Positions 7,474 through 16,751 of a stretch of 32,000 bases of DNA are shown here, piece by piece. Within the stretch, counting starts at the first letter, position 1, and every line of letters begins with the position of its first letter. The notes under the pieces were generated by a model, which did not search any database, was not told where the DNA came from, and worked only from the letters and a program-made list of their open reading frames with translations. The stretch spans positions 60,001-92,000 of the forward strand of contig CAVRAI010000015.1 of NCBI GenBank assembly GCA_963718915.1. Direction: 5' to 3'. Origin of the DNA: an uncultured Chloroflexia bacterium (lineage in GTDB: Bacteria > Chloroflexota > Ktedonobacteria > Ktedonobacterales > JADMIN01). A program made the translations under genes and the position numbers.

Positions 7474-8607
7474 TCACCGATCTGTCCATAGAGGAGTTTG
7501 TGGCAAGCTATCGGCTGCGGGCGGAGTCACCATCTCGACGGGTGGCGCAACCTCTTCGAGCAGCGACGCAATGCCACTCAGCCAGTTGATAAGCGGCTCG
7601 ATCTCGCCGCTCTTCGCGGGCAGATGCGTCATTCTGAAAGAGGTGTACAGAATACCGCCAGGGGTCAACTGGACCACGTCACGTGCATGCCGCACGAAGC
7701 CCTGCCCCTCGGCGACCTGCTGCGCGAACCGCCGCACCCATTCTTCGCGCGGCTGCTGGCCATGCGGCGGGATGACATAGAAGCGCAGTGGAATCAGCCC
7801 GCCGCCGAGCTTTCCCGTCACGGCGTGGGAGGCCACGTACGGCGAGATTCTCTTGCGGGCAATCTCGAAGGTGGGCAGCAAGCTGGGCGATGTGACCGTC
7901 ATCCTATACCAGTAGCCCTGGTCGGGCGCAGCGCTGCCATAATACATGGTCAACCCACTCACGACCCGCACGTTGCGCCGCCCGCCATAGTAGCCGCTCA
8001 CCGTGTATGCGTGCGCGCTGCCCTCCGGCCCGTTGACCTCCCATCCAAACCGCTGGGCGCTCGCAAGCAGTCCACGAAGATGGCGTATGCGTCCGATGTA
8101 CGACACATTGAAGATGGCCAGCGGCGACGTTACCGGTGGGGTATCCGCCAGGGTAGCGAGTACTACAAGCAGCGTCACAGGCAGCGTTATCAGCCATGAG
8201 GACGCGGCGGCCATATTGAGGGCGGCATGCCCGCCTCCCCGCACGTTCGCCTGGAAGTTCGCCGCGCCAAGGAGCGTCAGCGCCATCAGCGCCGCCTGAA
8301 GGAAGAATACTGGCCCATAGCGTCCGGCAACGGGCAGGCTGCCGATGAAAACGACCAACAGGGCGACTATCGGAATGCTCAGCAGCCAGATCGGCCCACC
8401 ATGGCGCACGTAATCGAGCAGGCCAACGATTCCTGGATGCGCTCCCGATTTCCACAAGAATGCGCTTGCTAGAGCCACCCAGAGCGCCGCCGCGACGACA
8501 ATGAAGTAGATGGGGAAGCGCCACCACACGTTGTGGGTCATCCGGTTCGACGCGCCCTCGATGCGTCCCATGATGATGCGTGTCAGCAGCGGAATCAGAC
8601 CGTACAT
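7474..8607 (-). CDS. hypothetical membrane protein (N-terminal multi-TM region plus ~200-aa soluble C-terminal domain)
   Basis: 377-aa ORF. RBS GGAGGG lies 5 nt before ATG 8607, 24 nt after the stop of the upstream gene. Four or five hydrophobic helices. I do not recognise a family. Confidence 0.7.
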   Translation of the reverse strand: MYGLIPLLTRIIMGRIEGASNRMTHNVWWRFPIYFIVVAAALWVALASAFLWKSGAHPGIVGLLDYVRHGGPIWLLSIPIVALLVVFIGSLPVAGRYGPVFFLQAALMALTLLGAANFQANVRGGGHAALNMAAASSWLITLPVTLLVVLATLADTPPVTSPLAIFNVSYIGRIRHLRGLLASAQRFGWEVNGPEGSAHAYTVSGYYGGRRNVRVVSGLTMYYGSAAPDQGYWYRMTVTSPSLLPTFEIARKRISPYVASHAVTGKLGGGLIPLRFYVIPPHGQQPREEWVRRFAQQVAEGQGFVRHARDVVQLTPGGILYTSFRMTHLPAKSGEIEPLINWLSGIASLLEEVAPPVEMVTPPAADSLPQTPLWTDR

Positions 8608-8631
8608 GGATTCCCTCCGGCATAGACAGGC

Positions 8632-9630
8632 TCAGTCCTCAACCTCGATGGGCGGCTCAACTGGCGGCATTCCCAGTTGCTTGCGCGCCTCGTTGTTGAT
8701 GTCGCGTGCATTGGAGAATTCAAAGAACACGAGGGCGCGGTTGCTGGCGTCGAGCGCTTCCTGGTAGCGTTTGGCCTGCATCAACTCGATGGAGTAGTTG
8801 TGCCAGGTCCACGCGCTGCCCTGAGGATACTGGCGAAAGTACTCCTGATACGTCGCGAGCGCGTCGTCCGGGCGGCCATACGTCGCATAGTACTTCGCGA
8901 GCCGGTCGTAGCCTGTGCGCTTGACAACAGGCGACGGCGCCAGATCAATCATGCGGCGGATAGCGACTTCATACTGCTGTTTGTTTCCATAGCGCTTGAA
9001 GTACGATGACTCGGCATCGGGCAAGCGTGGATGGTTGGGATTCAAGTTCCGCGCTTGTTTCAGCGCGGCCTTCGCGATCAGGCGATACCAGCCGTTGCCA
9101 ACGCTCGTGGCGATATAGAGCCGCATGATCCAGGCATCCACCGAGAGCGGATCGAGATTGACCGCGGCGGAAGTGTACATCAGGGCCGCCTGGACACCGA
9201 CCGGGCTATACAGACCGCCCTGAAAGTACGAAATCGCCATGATGGTCCGCGCAACTCCGCTCAACGCCAGGTCAATCGGGAGCTTGAGCAGTTCATCAAT
9301 AACAGGCGTCAGCTTGCGGTAGTCGCCTTCAGCATCGGCAATCGCATCGAGCGCGCCCTGATAGATACGCTCAGCCTCGCGCCGGTCAGGGACAGGGTTC
9401 TCGCCCCAGGGAAGCTGGTTCAGGTCGTTGACCTGTACCATGATAAAGGCTGCGGCCCGCTGTCGCTCTTGCCTGGAGATGCCAAATAGGCCCGGTAGAA
9501 ATAGCCTGGGTTTGGGATTGATAAGGCCCACCACTATCTTCTGGGCGCGGCGTCTCACGAGGTATGTTGTTATCGCACACACCAGAACGAGTCCGCCAGC
9601 GACAACTACCTGCCAGGCACTCGTATCCAT
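8632..9630 (-). CDS. membrane-anchored TPR-like repeat protein
   Basis: 332 aa. One N-terminal TM segment (VVVAGGLVLVCAITTYLV) followed by helical repeats (..DDALATYQEYFRQYPQGSAWTWHNYSIELMQAKRYQEALDASNRAL..). Confidence 0.7.
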   Translation of the reverse strand: MDTSAWQVVVAGGLVLVCAITTYLVRRRAQKIVVGLINPKPRLFLPGLFGISRQERQRAAAFIMVQVNDLNQLPWGENPVPDRREAERIYQGALDAIADAEGDYRKLTPVIDELLKLPIDLALSGVARTIMAISYFQGGLYSPVGVQAALMYTSAAVNLDPLSVDAWIMRLYIATSVGNGWYRLIAKAALKQARNLNPNHPRLPDAESSYFKRYGNKQQYEVAIRRMIDLAPSPVVKRTGYDRLAKYYATYGRPDDALATYQEYFRQYPQGSAWTWHNYSIELMQAKRYQEALDASNRALVFFEFSNARDINNEARKQLGMPPVEPPIEVED

Positions 9631-9782
9631 ACACTCATTCCTTTCGGGAAGCTGAGGTGGTTGCCGCGAAAGCGTTATGGTAGAGAGGTCGTGGCTACGA
9701 TAGCGATGATGCTATTCATGAGCAAGAGCGAACGTACGTAGGCACGAATGCGGGGGCAAGTTGTCAGCGAGGATGACCTGCT

Positions 9783-12201
9783 CTACGCATCGTCTGTAGG
9801 AGCCGCCATGCGCGAGGTCAGCACGGGGTGAATCGTCTCGATGGGCGTCGCGAAGAGCGAGGGCTGCATCGGGTCGTCGAAGAGCGTGGCGAAGTCATCG
9901 GCGGTGAAGGCGCGCGCCAGCCGCGCGGCGAAGGTTTCGCGCAGCAGCCGGATATAGTGCGTCGAGTCATAGTCGCGGGGGTCGTCGCCCGGCTCGCCAT
10001 CTTCGGTGGTGTGCAGCAGCGCCGCGTGCCCGTGCCCGCCCCTTGCCCGATAGACACGCACCTGCTCGCCTCGCTCCCACTGCGTCCTGCCGCTGGCGAG
10101 CATCGCCTCATAGGGTAGCTCACGGCGGGCGCTCCGCGTCGCCAGATAGCGCGACGGCGTCTTGCTCAATCGCACCCGCGCCGCCACCAGATGGGTCTCT
10201 AGCGTCCGCTGGCGCAGGGCGTCGGCCATCGTCAGATAGGCGCGCCGGACGCCGGGTATATCATCGGTCAGCAGGCAGGCGATTGCCTCGCGCAGAAAGA
10301 CCTCGCCGAATGGCTCGGCGCGACTGGAGCGAAACGCCACCCCGCGCAGCGTCAGCGCGCCATCCCAGGCGAGCAGCGCGTAGTTCTTTGGCTCGTGCGA
10401 GAGCATCGCGGCATAGCGCCCCTCGAACTCCAGCCGGACGAGCGGGGGCAGCAGCGCCGCCACCTCGGCGACGATACGCCGTTCATCCTGTTCGCTCCAG
10501 CCTTCGGGCACGGCGAAATAGACGCCGTCGGTATCGCCTTCGAGCAGCGTCGCCCCGCGCGCCGCCAGCTCGCGGCAGAGCAGCCCCAGCACCTCGCGTC
10601 CGCGCCGGGTGACCTCGTTGGCGGCATGCACATCGGCGAAGCGCGTCAGCCCGGTCGCGCCCATGTAGCCATAGGCCGAGTTGACCAGAATCTTCATCGC
10701 GGCGGAAAGCGCCTCATCGGTATGGCGCTCCGGCGAACCCACAGGCGCCGCTTTGGCCCGCCCCTTGGCCGCCAGCCGCTGCTCCACCAGACGATCCACC
10801 AGCGCCAGCATCGCGCCGAGCCGGTCGCTGGCCGGGCCGATACGATACTGGCGCATCAGCGAGGGATACAGGCTCGATACATCAGCCTTGACGACGCGAT
10901 TGGCCACGCCCGCAGCGAAGAGATAGAGCGCCGCGCCGCTGTGCTGGGTACCGTCGCTGACCGTTCGCGCCGGGAATTGCCGCGCCCGCCCGCAGATAGG
11001 CGCGCACCAGCAGTGGATCGAGCACGCCGGTCGCCGGGCCAGCGTCCGCCAGCCGCTCGTAGCGTCGGGGAGCCATCCGCGCCAGGGCGAACGCCGCCCC
11101 ACCCAGTAGCCGCGCTACGCCATCGGCCTCGTTCACGTCGTCCAGCGCATAGCGGCGCACGCGCTCGGGATCGGCCAGCCAGGTGCTGTAGACCTGCGCC
11201 CCCGCGACGTATTCGCGGTCAGGGGAAGCCAGCCCAAAGTGGCGCGCCACCGCCTTGAGGCCGTGGCCGGGGAGATCGCGCGCGGCGAAATCGTGCCGCC
11301 GCACGGCATCGAGCGTATCGATCAGCTCGCGTCCGGGGACGGTATAGCGTCCGCGCGCCTCCTCACGCTCAGCCGGATCGGCCTCATCGCTACGCCAGGG
11401 ACCATAGCCACGTGAGGCGGGCCGCCTACGCATGCCACCGCCCAGCCGCCCAATCGCCAGCGTGACGCCCAGCATCTCGGCGCGGCGGGCGAGGAAGGGC
11501 AGGTCGAAGCCGTGGAGGTTGTGGTTTTCGATCACATCGGGGTCGCGCTGGCGGATGAGGGCGACCAGCCGCCGGATCAGGTCGGCCTCCGCCGCTGGCC
11601 CCGTCAGCCCGCGCTCGGCGACATCCAGCACGGCGGAAAAGCCACGATTGTCGCGTACGGCGACCAGAAAGATGCTGTTCTTGGCGGGATTCAGCCCGGT
11701 GGTTTCGAGGTCGAATTGCAGTCGGTGGAGGTCGTCGAAGGCGAGGCCGCCGAAGTGGGTGCGTCCGGTGGCGACGAGATATTGCTCTTCGGGTGGCAGG
11801 CTGAGCGCCGCCTCGTCACCCATCTCCGCCAGCCGGAGTATCTGCCGCCCCAGCCGTGTTGAGGCGCCGGTCATGACAGCGGTGTCGAGGGTGCGGCCAT
11901 CGGTCGCGCTGACCAGATAGCGAAACTGCCCCTCACCGGAGAGTTCGCGCCAGGCCACCGCGCCGGATAGCTCCGTGCCGACCGCTCCCTCTGGCAGTAG
12001 CCGCGCGCCCAGGTGCGTCAGGTCATCGAGTGAGGGCAGCAAGAGCCACGGGCGAAAGCGATCCTCTTCGCGGGTGAGCGCGCCGCCACCGGGAGCGCGC
12101 CGCCAGAGTGTCGCGCGGCCATTGCGCTCAGCCCAGACGGAGACGATGCCAGGGCTAGCATCCCATCCCCAGAGCCACTCGTCTTCGTCCAGGTGTTGCA
12201 T
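9783..12201 (-). pseudogene. polB: family-B DNA polymerase (Pol II-like), reading frame broken by a 1-nt indel near 10960-10985
   Basis: The upstream ORF (10882-12201) carries Exo I FDLETTG, Exo II HNLHGFDLPFL and Exo III YALDDV. The downstream ORF (9783-11102) carries motif A DVSSLYPS, motif B KILVNSAYGYMG, motif C EGDTDG and KNYALL. The frames overlap and switch between ..RAGAAIP and ..SDGTQHSGAALYLF. Confidence 0.85.
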
Positions 12202-12255
12202 GGAATACTCCCAAACTGTCGCGGCTGACCGTAGCGTAATGGAGTGTAAGGATGA

Positions 12256-12575
12256 CCTCCGAACAGTGCGCTGGGGTGGGCGTGCCGGAGCCTGCCAGCA
12301 AATTCCCCCCTCCGAATTTCTCCTCCATTCGCCGTAGCGTTCACGCTACGGCCACCCTCGCCCGCCACAACGCATTTCCCGCCTGATTCGCCGTGACCTT
12401 ATGTAGTTTTACAATTTACGCCGAACACCGCGCATCGTGGTGGGCGAGGCAGACCGTAGCATCAATGCTACGGCGAATTTCCCGGCCTCTCTGGCCCATG
12501 TGCTGGCAGGCTCCAGCAGGCCCACCCCAGCACACTGTTCGGGGGTATTTCTAAAACCACATAAGGTCACGGCGC
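12256..12575. repeat. compound palindromic repeat element: ~110-bp inverted arms plus a second inverted pair
   Basis: Arm L (12256-12368) is the reverse complement of arm R (12437-12545). The outer 45 nt match about 41/45, the inner ~42 nt are also highly similar, and the middle ~24 nt differ. Each arm holds its own hairpin (GCCGTAGCG-TTCA-CGCTACGGC at 12331-12352; CCGTAGCA-TCAA-TGCTACGG at 12454-12473). Box X (12388-12414) is the reverse complement of X' (12549-12575), about 23/27. Confidence 0.75.
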
Positions 12576-12608
12576 GTGTCCACACCACAATACTCTACGA
12601 AATGCGTT

Positions 12609-13106
12609 CTATCCGGGGAAATCCGCCGGGATGCCGTGCATACCAAGGGTCAGCGAAAGCTCACCGCCGTGGTGCAGGTCATGCTCCATCACATGGTAGA
12701 CGATCCAGGCGCGTGACAGGTGGACAATCTTGCCATCTCCCCAGTCGTCCTCGAAAGTCTTCCGCATGTCGTCGTCATTCCAGCGCTCCAGGCAGTTGGC
12801 CATGCCCTGCCAGGTATAGTCGAGCGCCTCCACCATCTCGGCGGCGGTTCGGGAGGGCGCGCCGCGACCATCCCAGTCCGCGTATGCCTTCCCCTCCGCG
12901 CCCCAGTCTTCGCCCATGGTAAAGGTGAACCAGCCAGCGCGGCAGCCAATGATATGCAGCGCAAGCTGGCCGACGGTGCGCAAATGCGGCGCTGCCTCGA
13001 GTACAAGCTGCTCCGCTGTCAGCGGCGCAACCGCATCCCTGATGTGCTCATGGTACTTCTTCCAATTGCTATAGATCGTCGTCAGCGCGAAATTCTCTTC
13101 AGCCAT
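12609..13106 (-). CDS. DinB family protein (DinB_2-like metal-dependent four-helix bundle)
   Basis: 165 aa, ..LTAEQLVLEAAPHLRTVGQLALHIIGCR...WIVYHVMEHDLHHGGELSLTLG. His-rich triad pattern. Confidence 0.9.
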   Translation of the reverse strand: MAEENFALTTIYSNWKKYHEHIRDAVAPLTAEQLVLEAAPHLRTVGQLALHIIGCRAGWFTFTMGEDWGAEGKAYADWDGRGAPSRTAAEMVEALDYTWQGMANCLERWNDDDMRKTFEDDWGDGKIVHLSRAWIVYHVMEHDLHHGGELSLTLGMHGIPADFPG

Positions 13107-13163
13107 GTCCCGTCGATCTCCTTATGTCGCGCGCTACGTGTCCTGTTCGCCGTCACTCAGGTT

Positions 13164-13210
13164 CCCCCTCCCCTCGTAGGGGAGGGGGCTAGGGGGAGAG
13201 GTCCGCCCCC
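13164..13210. repeat. REP-like G/C hairpin element
   Basis: CCCCCTCCCCT-CGT-AGGGGAGGGGG forms a perfect 11-bp stem (13164-13188), followed by CTAGGGGGAGAGGTCCGCCCCC. It lies between two co-directional genes. An inverted relative lies at 30628-30648. Confidence 0.75.
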
Positions 13211-14307
13211 TACTCGATGATCGCCGCCGTCACCGAGTAGATCGACGGCAGGTAATCGGCAATCAGCTGCCAGCTGTCGCCACCGTCCGCCGTAGCAAAA
13301 AGCTGGCCGGTATTCGTGCCGACGTAGACGCCGCACGGGTCGAGCTTATCGGCGCACATGCCATGGCGCAAGACGCCCAGCCGCACATTCGCCCCGGAAG
13401 GCAAACCGTTCGTCAGCGACTCCCACGAGCCGCCAGCGTCCTTGGTGCGGTAGACGGTGAACTGGTCACCAATGTTGTTACGCCCATCGCCTTCGACGAT
13501 AGTATAGACCGTCTCGGGGCGATGCGAATCGAGCGCGATGGGGAAGCCAAACTCCGAGGGCAGGCTGCCCTGAATATCCGTCCACTCCTCGCCCGCGTTC
13601 TCGCTGCGATAGATGCCGCAGTGATTCTGCTGATAGAGCATATCGGGTTTGTTGGGATGCTGCACCACGCGATGGATGCACTGACCATATTCAGGATAGA
13701 TGTCCGGCTGGAAGCCCGCGCGCGTGCCTTTGTTGGCAAAGCTCCAGGTCTTGCCGCCATCGTCGGTGCGCATGCAGCCGACCGCCGAGATACCGATCCA
13801 CATGCGGTCAGGGTTGGAGTAGTCGGGGACGATGCTGTGCAGACAGAGGCCGCCGTTGCCGGGATTCCACGTCTCGCGTGTTGGGTGGTTGGCCAGTCCC
13901 TCGTTGAGCGACCATGTGACGCCGTTATCGGTGCTGACCCAGAGGCTAGCGGGGTCCACCCCACAGTAGAGCGTGCCCGGCTGGTCGGCGCGTCCCGGCT
14001 CGACCAGCCAGATATTGGTGAGCTTGAGACCGCTCTCCTCAGAGAACTCGATGCCCTGCTCGGGCTTCTCCCATGTCTGGCCAAAGTCGTCGCTATACTT
14101 GATGAAATTGCCAAAGAAGTCGCCGTTCTCGGCGGCAAAGAGACGGTTGCCGGAGCGCTGATCGAGGACGGCGTTGTAGACGCGCATGCCATTTAACGTC
14201 GTCGCTTCGGTCGTCCAGCGCTCGCGGTCTGGCGAGGTGAGCAGAAACAGGCCGCGTTTGGTGCCTACTAACACAACCACCGTGCCACTGGGATACTTCT
14301 GTGCCAT
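13210..14307 (-). CDS. BNR/Asp-box repeat beta-propeller protein (sialidase-like fold)
   Basis: Start at MAQKYPSG (RBS GGAGG). Five Asp-box-like motifs: SDDFGQTW, STDNGVTW, TDDGGKTW, TKDAGGSW, TADGGDSW. Confidence 0.8.
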   Translation of the reverse strand: MAQKYPSGTVVVLVGTKRGLFLLTSPDRERWTTEATTLNGMRVYNAVLDQRSGNRLFAAENGDFFGNFIKYSDDFGQTWEKPEQGIEFSEESGLKLTNIWLVEPGRADQPGTLYCGVDPASLWVSTDNGVTWSLNEGLANHPTRETWNPGNGGLCLHSIVPDYSNPDRMWIGISAVGCMRTDDGGKTWSFANKGTRAGFQPDIYPEYGQCIHRVVQHPNKPDMLYQQNHCGIYRSENAGEEWTDIQGSLPSEFGFPIALDSHRPETVYTIVEGDGRNNIGDQFTVYRTKDAGGSWESLTNGLPSGANVRLGVLRHGMCADKLDPCGVYVGTNTGQLFATADGGDSWQLIADYLPSIYSVTAAIIE

Positions 14308-14382
14308 GCGATTTCCTCCGTACTCATGCGAAATCCACAACGAAATCCACGATACGCGGGGGATTACCCACATGCGCGGGAA

Positions 14383-14679
14383 TCAGCCACCCGCAACGGA
14401 TGGCAGAATGTGCAGGGTAGCGCCAGCGGGCACAGGCGTCTCCAATCCCTGGAGATAGCGCACATTGCGCCCGTTGAGAAAGACATTGACGAAGGTACGC
14501 AGCTCGCCCGTCTCAAAGCAGAGGCGAAACGCCATTCCTGGCCAGGCGGCTTCGAGCGCGTCGACCACCTCGCGCACGGTGCCGCCCGCCACCCGCACGG
14601 TTCGCGCGCCATGGGCCTGCTCGCTCAGCGCGCCTGGCAACAGAACAGTCACCAGGGGAGATACCGCCGAACCTTCCAT
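14383..14679 (-). CDS. MoaD/ThiS-family ubiquitin-like sulfur-carrier protein
   Basis: ~98 aa from MEGSAVS. The pattern ..VREVVDALEAAWPGM....VNVFLNGRNV...GLETPVPAGATLHILPSVAGG ends in a C-terminal Gly-Gly, typical of the family. Confidence 0.8.
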   Translation of the reverse strand: MEGSAVSPLVTVLLPGALSEQAHGARTVRVAGGTVREVVDALEAAWPGMAFRLCFETGELRTFVNVFLNGRNVRYLQGLETPVPAGATLHILPSVAGG

Positions 14680-14879
14680 AGACTTCCTCGCTTTTTCCAG
14701 CCAGAAATGACGACTATCACATTCAGCCGCAGAGTACATTCTCCCTGGGTAGCTCTCAACCGGTTGGTACATCTGTGCTAATTCTGATAGCCCGTATGGG
14801 TAGCATCTGGTTGGTGTTACAATGGCGTTGGAGCTGGCGGGAGGCATCACCAGCGGAGGAATTGCGGGGAGGGAGCGCT

Positions 14880-15161
14880 ATGACGGAGGATGAGCCAGGG
14901 CATCATCGCCATCACAAGGATCACCACGTTCGTCGTGGAAAACAGATACATGGCGGTGACGGCCCGTTGCGCGAAGAAGGCGAAGGCCTGCAACTGCCAA
15001 CCTACAATTTTTCACCAATACCAGGCGTTCCCCGTATCAGCTATCCCACAGGGTGGACGTTCAAGAGAGCCACGCCTGGTGGAACCGCAATACTGCTTGT
15101 CGGCTGCGTCCTGGTGCTGCTGGGGGTAGCGCTTGCGCTGCTACGATTGTTCGGTGGCTAG
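14880..15161 (+). CDS. hypothetical small His-rich protein with C-terminal TM anchor
   Basis: GGGAGGGAG lies upstream of ATG 14880. MTEDEPGHHRHHKDHH... ends in the hydrophobic stretch AILLVGCVLVLLGVALALL. No competing ORF on the other strand. Family unknown. Confidence 0.45.
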   Translation: MTEDEPGHHRHHKDHHVRRGKQIHGGDGPLREEGEGLQLPTYNFSPIPGVPRISYPTGWTFKRATPGGTAILLVGCVLVLLGVALALLRLFGG

Positions 15162-15177
15162 CAAAGATCCTGCTGGG

Positions 15178-15945
15178 TCAGCGAGCGTGGAGAAAGAGCA
15201 CGAGAGACATCGCCAACCCGACGACGATGACATAGATGCGGATATAGCGCCCGTCGATCTTGCGCGCGACCGAGGCGCCACCCCAGCCGCCGATGATCGC
15301 CCCGGCCATCATGACCAGTGCCTGTGGCCATTCCACCAGCCCCGCTAAGATGAATGTCAGCATGGCGACGCTATTGACGCAGCTTGCCAGCACCACCTTG
15401 AGCGCATTCATCGTGTGGATATTACGCATGCCCATCAGGCTCAGCGTCGCCAGCATCAGAATGCCGATACCGCCGCCAAAGAACCCGCCGTAGAGCGCGA
15501 CGACGAACTGCACCAGCGAGACCCAGGTCAGCGTGAGCCAGCGCGGGCCGTGCGCCTTGCCAGAGCGCCGGAGTCGGGCGGTTAGTGGGCCGCCGACGGC
15601 GAAGAGAATCGTCGCGCCAAGCAGCAGAAAGGGCAGAATGCGCAGAAAGGCATCCTGCGGTGTCTTCAGCAGCACCAATGCGCCGAGGATGCCGCCGATA
15701 ACGCTGATGATACTCAACACCACCAGCGTCAGCCGTTCGGTATCGAGCGCATCGCGGTAGGGTGGAATGCTCGCCACCGTACCCGGCCAGAGGGCGAGCG
15801 TATTGGTCGCGTTGGCCTGCTTGGGAAGGACGCCGGTAAAGATGAGGACGGGGACCGTCAGAAAGCTGCCACCGCCCGCCACTGAATTCTGCGCCCCGGC
15901 AACGAGCGCGATCCCAAAGAGCAGCAAGGCCTGGGGCAGCGACAT
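15178..15945 (-). CDS. TauE/SafE (TSUP, DUF81) family anion/sulfite exporter
   Basis: Start at MSLPQALLLFG. ..AGAQNSVAGGGSFLTVPVLIF...ANATN... plus the second-half repeat LYGGFFGGGIGILML are typical of TSUP permeases. Confidence 0.85.
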   Translation of the reverse strand: MSLPQALLLFGIALVAGAQNSVAGGGSFLTVPVLIFTGVLPKQANATNTLALWPGTVASIPPYRDALDTERLTLVVLSIISVIGGILGALVLLKTPQDAFLRILPFLLLGATILFAVGGPLTARLRRSGKAHGPRWLTLTWVSLVQFVVALYGGFFGGGIGILMLATLSLMGMRNIHTMNALKVVLASCVNSVAMLTFILAGLVEWPQALVMMAGAIIGGWGGASVARKIDGRYIRIYVIVVGLAMSLVLFLHAR

Positions 15946-16145
15946 GCGGAGGACTCCGATACTGAGCGAGATATATCTGACCGTGATACGAGTATAGGGC
16001 GCTCGCCGTCCAGCAGACCAAATATGGCAGATTCGTGTCGCGCCTGACCAGAGATTGTGGCCTCTGCCGCAACCAGCCACGCGGGCAGCATGTTACAGTG
16101 TGCGATGGATGGATATGCGGATGTTGTTTGTGTAAGGAGCAGAAA

Positions 16146-16630
16146 GTGGCGAAAGACTTCACGCTGGCGACGTTCTGTGACCTGTGGCGAGAATACGCCG
16201 ACCACATCCGCGAGGCGATTGCGCCGCTGACGGCGGAACAGGTGGCGCTTCGGGCCGGGCGGGGCAGCGCTCCATCGGCGAGATCGTCGCGCATGTCATC
16301 GAGTGCCGGGCGTTCTGGCTGGGCGACTTCGTCGGCGAGACGGGTGAGGAGCTGGATGCGCTGCGCGTGTGGTACGAACCTGGCGCGCTGACCACCGATG
16401 TCGCCGGGCTGGTGAGCGGGCTGGACCGTAGCTGGCGGTTCGTGGCGGACTTGCTCGACCGCTGGACGCCAGCCGATATGCGGCAGACATTCCCGCACGA
16501 ATGGCGCGGCAACCACTATGACTTATCGCGCACCTGGGTCGTCTGGCACGTACTCGAACACGACCTGCACCACGGCGGCGAAATTTCCCTGACACTTGGC
16601 ATGCACGGCCTGCAAGCGCCAGATATTTAG
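16146..16630 (+). pseudogene. DinB family paralog, frame broken by a 1-nt indel in a G/C run (~16257-16265)
   Basis: RBS AAGGAG lies before GTG 16146. The N-terminal part VAKDFTLATFCDLWREYADHIREAIAPLTAEQVALRAG is in frame 3. The rest, GQRSIGEIVAHVIECRAFW...WVVWHVLEHDLHHGGEISLTLGMHG, is in frame 2. It is colinear with the intact paralog at 12609-13106. Confidence 0.75.
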
Positions 16631-16751
16631 CTGGCTAGAAGATTGGCGCGCCCATTGGCACAAATGATGGTGACAGCTTGACGTAAGGTGTCATAATACA
16701 TCTCACCGGATGACTACTGCGTATGATTGTTGAGTGATCGGAGAATGCCCC

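Noticed and set aside
7498-8623. ORFs 7498-8199 (+) and 7904-8623 (-)
   Set aside because: They overlap the 377-aa membrane protein ORF, which has an RBS, coherent TM helices and operon context. The alternatives are Arg-rich with no features.
12018-12922. Divergent ORFs 12018-12368 (-) and 12437-12922 (+) with similar N-termini (MAGEGGRSVNATANGG.. / MVGEADRSINATANFP..), which look like a divergent paralog pair
   Set aside because: The similarity is just the translation of the two arms of the inverted repeat. There are no RBSs. The + ORF runs antisense through the well-supported dinB gene, and the - ORF overlaps the polB 5' end.
13363-14196. 277-aa (+) and 259-aa (-) ORFs inside the BNR propeller gene
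   Set aside because: They are alternative frames of a gene with five clear Asp-box motifs. Their composition is Arg/Ala/Ser-rich, with no motifs.
15422-16516. 364-aa ORF on the minus strand
   Set aside because: It overlaps the TauE gene out of frame and runs antisense to the dinB paralog. It has an Arg/Pro/Ala-rich shadow-ORF composition and no recognisable domain.
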